Below, piece by piece: positions 42,591-51,441 of a stretch of DNA of 64,000 nt. A model generated the notes under the pieces. That model saw only the letters and a program-made list of their open reading frames with translations, was not told the DNA's origin and searched no databases. Origin of the DNA: Gemmatimonadales bacterium (lineage in GTDB: Bacteria; Gemmatimonadota; Gemmatimonadetes; Gemmatimonadales; GWC2-71-9). The stretch is from assembly GCA_035491815.1 (NCBI GenBank), contig DATJKA010000047.1, forward strand, positions 91,520 through 155,519, given 5' to 3'. Position 1 is the first letter of the stretch; every line of letters starts with the position of its first letter. The translations under genes were made by a program, and so were the position numbers.

Positions 42591-44416
42591 GCTTCGGTCG
42601 GCTCACCGTTCTTCTGAGCCGGATTCCAGCGCAGGTTTCTCGCCATATCGAGGGCTTCGTTGTTGAACGTCTCCACGTTGGAAGGCACGAACACGCGCGC
42701 TTCCATCGTGGTCCCGTTTCTGGATACGCGGACCAGCAAGATCGCCTGGCGCGGGAAGACGGTCGCGTCCGGCGCCACCGGAATCAGCGTCGGCGACAGC
42801 GGCACGGGCCGCGTATCGAAGCAGATGTTGTCCTGGTTGTACGCGGGGCCGAACTGATCGCAGGGGCCGCCCGCGTCGTCGGAGGTTTGCATATCGAGCC
42901 GCACGTTGGACGTCTCGCCCGCCGTGATGATCACCTGGCGATCCAGCGTCTGATAGCCCGTCGCGCGCACGGTCAAGCGATGCAGGCCGGGCGGCAGGTC
43001 GATCTGGTTGCCGCGGACCGGTTGTCCTTCGATGCTGACGCGGGCGCCCTGCGGCACGTTCTGCAGCACGAGTTTCCCCGGTGTTCCGGGGGCCGGCGGC
43101 GGCGGCACCGCCGACGGCGCCGCGTGCGTCGTGTCGCCCGCCTGCTTCGTCGTATCGGCGGCGGCGAGCTTCGTGGTGTCGCGCCCCGCGGGAGTCGAGT
43201 CGGCAGGCGTGCCGCTGCCCTTCGCGAAAATCAGACCCTTCTTGTAGGCGTAGAAGCCGCCACCGCCGAAGACCGCGCCGACGATGATCAGCCACACCAG
43301 CACCGCGGCGAGCGCGGAGCGACGGGGCGCTTCGCCCGTCAGCGTGGGCGGCACACCGCCCGCCGCGCTGGGCCCCCGCGTCCCGGTCTGGCGCGGCAGC
43401 GGCGTGGTCGGCGCCTGCGACATGCGGACGCCCGCCATCGACGTCATCGCCTGCGTGGCATCGGTGGTGAACGAGACCGAGCGGCCGCCTTCGAGCACCG
43501 CGACCAGCTCCTCGGCGTTCTGGAAGCGCTGCGCCGGCGTCTTCGCCATCATTTTGCGGATGATCTCGAACAGCTGGCGCTTCTCGGCATTGTCGAGCGG
43601 CGGAGTGGGAATCTCCTCCATGATGTGCTTGTAGCCGATGGAGAAGGAATCCTCGCCGTCGAACGGCACGCCGCCGGTCAGGCACTGGTAGCCGACGACG
43701 CCGAGCGAGTAGATGTCGCTGCGGCCGTCGAGCGGCTGCGCTTTGGCCTGTTCGGGGCTCATGTAGTGCGGTGTGCCGATCGACATTCCGGTGCCGGTCA
43801 ACTTGCCGCCGGACGCCGCCTTCGCGATGCCGAAGTCGGTGACCACCGCGTGCCCGTGCTCGTCGAACATGATGTTGTCGGGCTTGATGTCGCGGTGGAC
43901 AATCTCCTTCTTATGCGCGTACGCCAGCGCGCGCCCGACGTCGGCGAGGATCCGCTTGATCTCGGCCGGCGGCAGGCTGCCGCGCGCGGCGAGAATGGTC
44001 GACAGCGGCTTGCCGCGCAGGAACTTCATCACGAAGTAAATCACGCGGCCGGATTTTCCGACGCGGTAGATCGGGATGATGTTCGGGTGTTCGAGCTTCG
44101 CGGAGGTACGGGCTTCGCGCTGGAAGCGCTCGACGAACTCCTTGTCGAACGCGAGGGAGAACGGCAGCACTTTGATGGCGACTTCCCGCTCCAGCTCCTT
44201 CTCTTTGGCCTTGAAGACGATCGCCATTCCGCCGCGGCCGAGCTCCTCGATGATCTCGTACTCCGCGTCGAGCTCCTTGCGGACCATGTCGATTTCGGTG
44301 ACTTCCTGCGGCTCGGCGACAGCGCCGACGGGCGTCGTCGCGGTCAGATCGAGGCCGCACGAGTCACAGAACTTCGCAGTGTCCTTGTTCTGGGTGCCAC
44401 AGCGAGAGCAGTACAT
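42554..44416 (-). CDS. Hanks-type Ser/Thr protein kinase with N-terminal zinc ribbon, TM, PEGA domain and TonB-C-like domain
   Basis: MYCSRCG...FCDSCG zinc ribbon. Kinase motifs GRGGMAIVFKA, VAIKV, HRDIKPDN, DFGIA and SPEQ. TM LAAVLVWLIIVGAVFGGGGFYAY. PEGA: LVLQNVPQGARVSIEG...GLHRLTVRATGY. C-terminal TonB_C-like: FNNEALDMARNLRWNPAQKNGEP. Confidence 0.85.
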   Translation of the reverse strand: MYCSRCGTQNKDTAKFCDSCGLDLTATTPVGAVAEPQEVTEIDMVRKELDAEYEIIEELGRGGMAIVFKAKEKELEREVAIKVLPFSLAFDKEFVERFQREARTSAKLEHPNIIPIYRVGKSGRVIYFVMKFLRGKPLSTILAARGSLPPAEIKRILADVGRALAYAHKKEIVHRDIKPDNIMFDEHGHAVVTDFGIAKAASGGKLTGTGMSIGTPHYMSPEQAKAQPLDGRSDIYSLGVVGYQCLTGGVPFDGEDSFSIGYKHIMEEIPTPPLDNAEKRQLFEIIRKMMAKTPAQRFQNAEELVAVLEGGRSVSFTTDATQAMTSMAGVRMSQAPTTPLPRQTGTRGPSAAGGVPPTLTGEAPRRSALAAVLVWLIIVGAVFGGGGFYAYKKGLIFAKGSGTPADSTPAGRDTTKLAAADTTKQAGDTTHAAPSAVPPPPAPGTPGKLVLQNVPQGARVSIEGQPVRGNQIDLPPGLHRLTVRATGYQTLDRQVIITAGETSNVRLDMQTSDDAGGPCDQFGPAYNQDNICFDTRPVPLSPTLIPVAPDATVFPRQAILLVRVSRNGTTMEARVFVPSNVETFNNEALDMARNLRWNPAQKNGEPTEAWVQWPFQPVRQ

Positions 44417-44443
44417 CCCGTCTCCGAGGGAGCCGGGCCTAAC

Positions 44444-46696
44444 TTAGGGTTCGTGGGTAGGCCGGTCAACAACTTGGAAGCGTTGTGAGCGCGTCACGCT
44501 CGCGCCGCGCGCGGGATCGGTGATCACGACCGAGAGCCGGTAGGTCCCTTTCGACACGTCGCGCAACGCGATGCCACGTTGCACGCGGCTGACGGTGCCC
44601 GCGGCCGGGGCATCGAACTCGAGCAAGACGGGCGCGCGACCGCCGCCGAACAGCCGGCCGAGCAATGAGCGGCCGCCTTCCTTCTCCAGTCGCACCACGG
44701 TGTGATATGTCGCGCCCGTTGGCAGTCCGTACACCTCGTAGTATAGGCTCACGGTGCTGCCTTCCGGAAAGCGCTGGAGGGGATTCAGCCGCACCGTGTC
44801 GCCGGCCGGCGACATCCAGACGAGTCCCGAGCCGTCGCGCCCGACCACGATGTCGCTCACCGAGAACTGGCCCGGCGCGAGCGCGTCCACCGCGACCGGA
44901 TTGATGATCAGGTCGCCGACGCCCATCGCCGGGCCGAGGCTCCGCACGAGCAAGCGGTAGGCGTAGTGGCCGGGCGGCACCGCGACGGCGAGACTGCCGG
45001 TGAGATACGCCGGACCGCGCAGCGCCTGCCGGGCGCCGAACACGCGCACCGTGTCGAGGCTCGCGACGACGTCGCCGGTCGAATCGGAGACGATCAGTCG
45101 GAACTCGAGCGGATAGCGTACGCCCGCGCCGCTGGGCACGGATTGCTCGGGCAGGCGCTCGCCGGGAATCGCGAAGACGACGTGCAGCGTCTGGCCGCCC
45201 CGCCCCGCGCTGTCGGCACCCACCACGAACTCGCTCGCGGCGACGTCGAGCAGCTGCTGGAATTCGCGCGTGTAGCTGTCGGTCGTCGTGCCGAGCTCGA
45301 TGTTGTGACGTCCCTGCCGCCGGTCTTGTGCCAGCTCGGGACCGGGTGCGTGCGCCACTCGCGCGACGCGCGAGTACAGTGGGCCGAAGTCGTCGCGCGT
45401 CTGGTAGAGCGCCGCGAGCTCGGGATCGATCGACGTGGTCGCGCGCACCGCGCGATTGAAGCCGAGGACGTCGGCGAGGCTCTCGATGAGCTTGAAGTCC
45501 TGGACGTCGTCGCGCGCGGCGAAGTGGAAGATCAAGTCGCCGTCACGGCGGTGATACAGCCAGCTCTCATTCGCCGCGCAGCCCTCGCCGTTCGGCTCGG
45601 CGCTGCTTTGACAGATGAACTGCGCGCGCTTGTCGGGCTCGCCGTGCCGCAGGTAGATCACGCCCCGGTCGTCGAACTCGGTTTGCGCCGTGCGGTAGAC
45701 CTCGGTCATGTCGTAGTGCCGGTGCCGGCTGACGAGCCGGAAATTGTGCCGCGCGTAGAACCAGCGGCGATAATGCTCCGCCAGCCTCTCCCCGACGTCG
45801 CGGGCCTCGACCGCGTCGCGCCGCGCCCAGAAGCGCTCCAGCCATTGCTGCCGGGCATCGGGGTTGGGCAGACCGTCGAACGCGGTGAGCTCGGACGAGT
45901 CGGCGATCCAGGAGAGATCGAGCCGGTAGAGCGTCAGCGCGGCCGCGGACGTCGCCGCATGCGCGCCGGCGAAGTACGCGACCCACCCCTGCCCCGGCTT
46001 GTGCGCCAGGTAATAGGAGCGCGCGAGCTCGAGCAATCCGACGCCCGAGTCCCCGCCGATCGCGAGATACGTCGTGAACGCAGCGATGGCGGAGTCGGCC
46101 TCACCGGCCTCGCGCTCCACACGCCCGCGCACGAGCTGCACGTCCGGGTGCCGGCCCGCCGGCCCGGCGGCCGCGAGTCGCACCGCATTCAGCGCGACCT
46201 CGAGCCGCGGATGGATGCGCTGCGTGAGTGCCGTCGTCGCGAGATCGACGACCGCGGACGCGAACGCGGGATCGGCCTCCGCCGCGCGAGCGAACGCGCG
46301 GGCGGCCTTCGACAAATAATCCTTGCCCAGCATCTGCCGGATGTTCTCGATGGCGATGGACGACGATTCGCCGACCGCCAGCTCCGCGAGACCCAGACCG
46401 TACCAGGGATAGGGCCAATCGTTCTGCAGCTCGGCGGCCCATTCGAACTCGCCGGCCGCGTCGTCGAAATGCTGCTTGGTCTTCGTGACCTCGCCCAGGT
46501 GGTAGCCGATGAAGCCGAGGCGCACATGAATGAGGGGATCGTTCCGGCGTTGTTTCGCGACTTCGATCGTCGCGGCTTCCAGGCGGCGGAGCGCGACGGT
46601 GTCGGTGACGGTGGCGAGCGAGTCGCGCAACAACTCGATCGAGGCACGGTCGGCCGGAGACTGGACCAGGGCGGTCAGAAGCAGGAGCACACCCAT
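44444..46696 (-). CDS. GWxTD-domain-like protein with N-terminal TPR-like region
   Basis: QQWLERFWARRD...HYRRWFYARHNF...FDDRGVIYLRHGEPDKR resembles the GWxTD domain core, but the GW.TD residues themselves are degenerate. 750 aa. Confidence 0.5.
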   Translation of the reverse strand: MGVLLLLTALVQSPADRASIELLRDSLATVTDTVALRRLEAATIEVAKQRRNDPLIHVRLGFIGYHLGEVTKTKQHFDDAAGEFEWAAELQNDWPYPWYGLGLAELAVGESSSIAIENIRQMLGKDYLSKAARAFARAAEADPAFASAVVDLATTALTQRIHPRLEVALNAVRLAAAGPAGRHPDVQLVRGRVEREAGEADSAIAAFTTYLAIGGDSGVGLLELARSYYLAHKPGQGWVAYFAGAHAATSAAALTLYRLDLSWIADSSELTAFDGLPNPDARQQWLERFWARRDAVEARDVGERLAEHYRRWFYARHNFRLVSRHRHYDMTEVYRTAQTEFDDRGVIYLRHGEPDKRAQFICQSSAEPNGEGCAANESWLYHRRDGDLIFHFAARDDVQDFKLIESLADVLGFNRAVRATTSIDPELAALYQTRDDFGPLYSRVARVAHAPGPELAQDRRQGRHNIELGTTTDSYTREFQQLLDVAASEFVVGADSAGRGGQTLHVVFAIPGERLPEQSVPSGAGVRYPLEFRLIVSDSTGDVVASLDTVRVFGARQALRGPAYLTGSLAVAVPPGHYAYRLLVRSLGPAMGVGDLIINPVAVDALAPGQFSVSDIVVGRDGSGLVWMSPAGDTVRLNPLQRFPEGSTVSLYYEVYGLPTGATYHTVVRLEKEGGRSLLGRLFGGGRAPVLLEFDAPAAGTVSRVQRGIALRDVSKGTYRLSVVITDPARGASVTRSQRFQVVDRPTHEP

Positions 46697-46744
46697 GCCC
46701 CTTCATTATACAGGCGGCCGCCAGGGCGGGACTTGCGAGCTACG

Positions 46745-49543
46745 TCAGAAGTCTGCCGCGAAGGCGGCGTAGAGCTGCGGGTGACCGGCCACGGGCTGCG
46801 CGAGCCCGACGCGCACCTGGAGCGGCAGGTCGTAGCTCACGGTCACATCGCCGACGAGCTCGGCACCCACCGAGCGGAGCCGCGTGAGCCGCGCGCGCTC
46901 GCCCACATCCCAGGCGTCGCCGGCGTCGCCGAATACGGCCAGCGACAGTTTGTCGGCGCCCAGCGGCAGGTGACCCAGGGCGTGGCCGATCAGCGCGAGC
47001 GGCACGCGATACTCGGCGGTGAGCGTCGCGGCGCGGCGGCCGCGCAGCACGCCGGCGCGGTAGCCGCGCACGGGGAAGCTGCGAAACGTGCCGATCGCCG
47101 GACCGTAGCCGAGCTGCAGGGCGCCGGACGACACGCCGCCGACCGAGAGGTGATCGGGAATCTGACCGTCGAGTGCGCCGAGCGCGCCGCGGATGGCGAG
47201 CACCGGATATGCGAAGTCGATGCGGGGGCCGAGCCGCAAGTACAAATTGGCGCGCGCGCGCACTTCATTGAGCGAGCGATTCGTCCCCTGCTCCGCCTTG
47301 TAGCGATAGAGGAACGATGCGCTGGCCCCGTCCTGCAGCGAGACCGCCAGCGGTGCGGCGACCACTGAGCCGAGCGACAGACTCGCCGACCCGCCGATCC
47401 GGTCGCGGTCGTCGCAGCCGATGCAGATGTCCGCGAGGCTCGTGTCGGGAGTCGAGACGAAGCGCCTTCCATCATATTCCGTCGCCAGTCTGAGCGACAC
47501 GAAGCTGCGCCAGCGGTGAGCGACGATGCTGGCGCCGAGCGCGGCCTCGATGTGATCCTCCGATACTTCATGGCCGGTCGAATCGACGCCGATCAGCGAC
47601 CAATCGTTGGTCGCGGAGAAATCGAACGTGGGGTCGCCGAGCGCCTGATCGATCAGCGCGAACGCTCCCTCTACGCGCGCCGGCGCGCCCGAGACGAGCC
47701 CTTCCGCGAAATAGCTGTAGCGCCCCACCGCGTCCGTGCCGGCGGTCGCCGCGCCGAAAAAGCGGCCGGCCGGCCCGGCATCGATGCCCAGGGGAATCCA
47801 GAAGTGCGGGCGGAGCGAGCCCCACGAGGCGTAGCCCGTCTCGCGGATGGCGACGCGTGGCGCGGAGTCGAACGGCGTCGCGGGTTTGGACAACGTCGCG
47901 GCAACGGCCTCCGCGCGGGGCGTGACGATACGCAGCTCCCAGCCGTCGTTGCCGGGCGTCGTAAAGAGGATGCGACCGTCCGGGAGAGGCGCGGGCGCGC
48001 GTGCCCCGCGCGGCTCCGCCGTGAGTTGCTCGATCCCGGCGCCTTCCCGCCACCGATTGACCTGTGGCAGCCCGCTCGCATCGCTGACGAACAGCACGTC
48101 GTCACCGGACCACACCGGATCCGAAATCGCACTGCCATCCGGAGCCTCGGCGAGGACCGTGATGGTCTGCGGTGACGCGAGCGGCCAACGCACCAACGCC
48201 CAACCGCCGTTCTGATGACGCGGAGCGACGATCCAGCGACCATCGGGCGATGGCGCGGCCGGTCCCCAGTTCGCCGCGGAATCCATCCGGAGCGCCGGAC
48301 CGAGCACCACGACGCTCTGACCCCGGCCCAGCTGGAGGATTGACGCAACGCCGCCTCCCGCACGCGGCTCCATGACGCGACCGTCGGTCGTCACGCGCTG
48401 CCACGCGTTCCGGGGCGGCGGCGTCCAGCGATAGAGATCGCTCCGCAGTTTCCAGCGGCTGGTGAAATCGAGCTGCGCCACGAGGAGCGTGTCGCCCGCC
48501 CAGTCGTAGCTCACCTGGCCGTTCACGGTGTGCGAGCGCAGCTCGCTGAACGTTTGCGGATCCACGACACGCAGCAGCCGCGCGCCGCGGCCATCGTCGT
48601 GCACGTAGGCGATCGCGCGACCGTCCGGCGACACGCGGGGCACGGGCTCGCTGCGCAGCTGGCCGACGAGCAATCGGCTGCGCGTGACGAGGGCGCCGGA
48701 ATCGGCCGCTCCGCTGATCGCGCGCGTCCACGATGCCGTCAGCGCGCGCGGCACGCCGGCATGTCGCAGCGGACGGCCGACGCGAAACGGAATCAGCTGC
48801 CCGGCCGATTGCTCCGCAAATCGCGGCACGACGGAGTCGCCTTCAGTCTGCGATAAGAACTCGAAAAACCGGCTGCCATAGGCGTACGGCGCGAGGCCGG
48901 AGGGCCAGCGCGTGAAGAGCGTCGCGTCCCACGACGAGCGTGCGTGGCCGTACACCGCGTCTGCCGCCACGAGCTGACGGTGAAACCCGCCCGCCGCGCG
49001 TCCTCCCGTCGTGAATCGTGACTCGTAGTACGTCGCGATCCCTTCGGTCACCCAGCTCGGCTGGTACTGATTGGGGAAGAGGCCGGGCGCGCGACCGAAC
49101 ACCGACTGCAGCGCGCCCCAGATCCCGCGCGAGCGATCGAGATGGAAGACGTGCGTCAGCTCGTGGACGATCACGAGCCGCTCCCAGCTGTCGTAGGTCT
49201 GCAGGCCGGGATCGGTCACCGGCGGGACGAGCAGAATCGTGAAGCGATTGGACGGGTACGTGCTGGTGAAGCCGTTCGGCGTGTCGTAGTCGTCCGACAG
49301 CGTGACGTCCACGATACCGCGCGGCGGATGGAGCTCGGTCGACAACAGTCGATAGGCACGCTCCGCCTCGTTCGCGGCCTCGATCGCCTTGGACCGATAG
49401 GCCGGATGAAAGTGGATGCGAAAATGTTCGGTGTGAATTGTTCGCCAAGATCCGGACGGATCAACCTGAGATGCGGCGGGCGTGGTGAGCAGCGCGAGCA
49501 AAAACAGCGTGCGCCGTGCGCCGTGCGCCGTGCGCCGGATCAA
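46745..49543 (-). CDS. Multidomain outer-membrane protein: HExxH peptidase-like domain, TolB/PD40-like beta-propeller and C-terminal OM beta-barrel
   Basis: The track ORF was trimmed to TTG 49543, which overlaps the upstream TGA (TTGA). Signal peptide RRTLFLLALLTTPAASQ. HELTH at 49151-49165. PD40-like SPDGRAIAYV and SPDGRWIVAP. C-terminal barrel ends YAAFAADF (terminal aromatic residue). Confidence 0.7.
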   Translation of the reverse strand: MIRRTAHGARRTLFLLALLTTPAASQVDPSGSWRTIHTEHFRIHFHPAYRSKAIEAANEAERAYRLLSTELHPPRGIVDVTLSDDYDTPNGFTSTYPSNRFTILLVPPVTDPGLQTYDSWERLVIVHELTHVFHLDRSRGIWGALQSVFGRAPGLFPNQYQPSWVTEGIATYYESRFTTGGRAAGGFHRQLVAADAVYGHARSSWDATLFTRWPSGLAPYAYGSRFFEFLSQTEGDSVVPRFAEQSAGQLIPFRVGRPLRHAGVPRALTASWTRAISGAADSGALVTRSRLLVGQLRSEPVPRVSPDGRAIAYVHDDGRGARLLRVVDPQTFSELRSHTVNGQVSYDWAGDTLLVAQLDFTSRWKLRSDLYRWTPPPRNAWQRVTTDGRVMEPRAGGGVASILQLGRGQSVVVLGPALRMDSAANWGPAAPSPDGRWIVAPRHQNGGWALVRWPLASPQTITVLAEAPDGSAISDPVWSGDDVLFVSDASGLPQVNRWREGAGIEQLTAEPRGARAPAPLPDGRILFTTPGNDGWELRIVTPRAEAVAATLSKPATPFDSAPRVAIRETGYASWGSLRPHFWIPLGIDAGPAGRFFGAATAGTDAVGRYSYFAEGLVSGAPARVEGAFALIDQALGDPTFDFSATNDWSLIGVDSTGHEVSEDHIEAALGASIVAHRWRSFVSLRLATEYDGRRFVSTPDTSLADICIGCDDRDRIGGSASLSLGSVVAAPLAVSLQDGASASFLYRYKAEQGTNRSLNEVRARANLYLRLGPRIDFAYPVLAIRGALGALDGQIPDHLSVGGVSSGALQLGYGPAIGTFRSFPVRGYRAGVLRGRRAATLTAEYRVPLALIGHALGHLPLGADKLSLAVFGDAGDAWDVGERARLTRLRSVGAELVGDVTVSYDLPLQVRVGLAQPVAGHPQLYAAFAADF
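49511..49538. repeat. Tandem heptanucleotide repeat (GCGCCGT x3 plus GCGCCGG)
   Basis: Read directly. It lies within the first 11 codons (signal-peptide n-region) of the 46745-49543 gene. Confidence 0.85.
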
Positions 49544-51396
49544 CGTGCCGCTTCCCGGAAGAAGTCTTCGATCCCCTTCGCGAGACCACGCGCATATCGC
49601 ATGCGCCCTTCCGGGCTCGCCAACATCGCCTCTTGATCGGGCAGCATCATGAACAAGCCTTCGGTCAGTGCGGACGGGAACCACGGGTCACGCACCAGCG
49701 CGTAGTCCCCACGCCCCATCCCCAGGTCCCGCACGCCGAGCTCGGCAACCAGCGCGCGGTCGAGCGCGCGGGCCAGGCCGGCACTCCGCGGATGGAAGTA
49801 ATACACGCTCGTGCCGTTGTTGGTGAACGGATTGATGCCGTCCGGCAATGCGTTCGCGTGAATCGACACGAGCACGTCGGCGTCGTGCAGCTCGGCGAAG
49901 TGCGTGCGTGGATAGAGATCCACCGGCAGCGAATCGACGCGCGTGAGCAGGACGGTCGCGCCGGCCTGCTCGAGCAGCGTCTTCGCCTGCTGCGCGACGG
50001 CGAGTGTAGCGACCGGCTCCCAGAGTCCCGTCGGTCCATGGGCGCCCACGGGCGGATGACCGGGGTCGAGCACGATTGTGCGACCGGCGAGCGGGCGGCG
50101 CGGATCGATGATCGGCGGCCGGCGCACCTCGAGAACGAGATCGCGGCCGCTCCAGCGCGTGCGATAACCCCACACCGGACCGGCCAGCGCGAGCGTGATC
50201 GTCACTTCATCAGCGGCCGGCTGGGCATAGCTCATCCGTGTGACATATGGATCGGTGCCGCCGTGCTGCATCCAGTTCACGTCCGAGGCGACTCCGTACA
50301 GTCGGAGTGTCAGGCTCTGCTCGCCTTCCTCCACCTGGAACGGCACGCGGCCCGGCAGCGGCACGCGCAGCTCGAGCGAGCGGGCACCAGCGCTGAGACG
50401 CACGGAGCCCACGGTGCCGCCCGGCGGCGGCGTTCCTGGCGCGAGCGGGATGACGTCGGCGCTGTTCACCCAGGCGACGGCACTGCGGGACAGCTGGAGG
50501 CGCGTCTGTCCGTTCCAGCGCGCGCTCGCGACAGCAGTTGTGCCAAGCGGAAAGAACCAGTTGTACGTCCCATACGGAACGGCTTTGCCTACGGTTAGGC
50601 TGTCGCTCGTGCCGGTGTGCGCCGTGTCGTCGTTGAGCACCACCACCAGCGGATGCGAGCGATCGAGCGTGTCGAGGACGAGCGGCCAGATCGCGCGCGC
50701 CGTGTCGTTCCCAACGATCGCTTCGACAATCGGCTCGCACAGCGGGCGCGCGGGCAGCCACGCGACGTAGCGATCGGCGGCGGCAGGCAGACGGTAGGCG
50801 GCCGTATCGGTGCCGAACGCGCGCACGCCCCACGCCGGCTCTTCCGGCAACGTGTCGGGCACGAACCACGTCACGTCGCGCTGCCCTTCCATCCGCAGGC
50901 GCACGCGCGCTCCCGGCGTCGCGCGCACCGACAAGCGAATGCCCTCTCCTGCCGGAAACGCGAGCGAGTCGCCGGGGGAGAAGCTCGTCGTGTCGATCCA
51001 GGCGACTGCGCCTGCGGGCGGACGAAATCCTTGCGCGATTCGCGCCACGAACGTCGTCTCCTGCCGTTCACCGCTGGCCTGCGCGACGATGTCGAAGCGC
51101 ACGATCGAGTCGGCGGGCAGTGGGACCCATGCGAGCCAGCCGCCGGTCGGCGCGACTCTCACGGGAATGCCGTTCACGGTGAGGGCCACGTCGCCCCGAC
51201 CAGGGCCTGCGCTGCCGAATAAGAAGGAAGAGTCCTGCGCCTGGATCGGCACGGCCGTATCGGGATACACGATGGTGATGTGCAGGGGAGCGACACGGGA
51301 CGCCGGACGAGGGACGGGAGACGAGGTGATCGACGACACGCGCGAGGCGCAGCCGAACGTCACGGCGACAAAAAGCAGAGGCCAAACGGGTCGCAT
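49540..51396 (-). CDS. N-acetylmuramoyl-L-alanine amidase (Amidase_3) lipoprotein with a large N-terminal domain
   Basis: Trimmed to ATG 51396. Lipobox LLFVAVTFGCA. C-terminal Amidase_3 motifs VLDPGHP..G, VSIHANA and ALTEGLFM. Confidence 0.82.
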   Translation of the reverse strand: MRPVWPLLFVAVTFGCASRVSSITSSPVPRPASRVAPLHITIVYPDTAVPIQAQDSSFLFGSAGPGRGDVALTVNGIPVRVAPTGGWLAWVPLPADSIVRFDIVAQASGERQETTFVARIAQGFRPPAGAVAWIDTTSFSPGDSLAFPAGEGIRLSVRATPGARVRLRMEGQRDVTWFVPDTLPEEPAWGVRAFGTDTAAYRLPAAADRYVAWLPARPLCEPIVEAIVGNDTARAIWPLVLDTLDRSHPLVVVLNDDTAHTGTSDSLTVGKAVPYGTYNWFFPLGTTAVASARWNGQTRLQLSRSAVAWVNSADVIPLAPGTPPPGGTVGSVRLSAGARSLELRVPLPGRVPFQVEEGEQSLTLRLYGVASDVNWMQHGGTDPYVTRMSYAQPAADEVTITLALAGPVWGYRTRWSGRDLVLEVRRPPIIDPRRPLAGRTIVLDPGHPPVGAHGPTGLWEPVATLAVAQQAKTLLEQAGATVLLTRVDSLPVDLYPRTHFAELHDADVLVSIHANALPDGINPFTNNGTSVYYFHPRSAGLARALDRALVAELGVRDLGMGRGDYALVRDPWFPSALTEGLFMMLPDQEAMLASPEGRMRYARGLAKGIEDFFREAAR

Positions 51397-51441
51397 GTGG
51401 CGCAAGCTACCAGAGAGCAATAGATTGGGCCACCTTACTTT

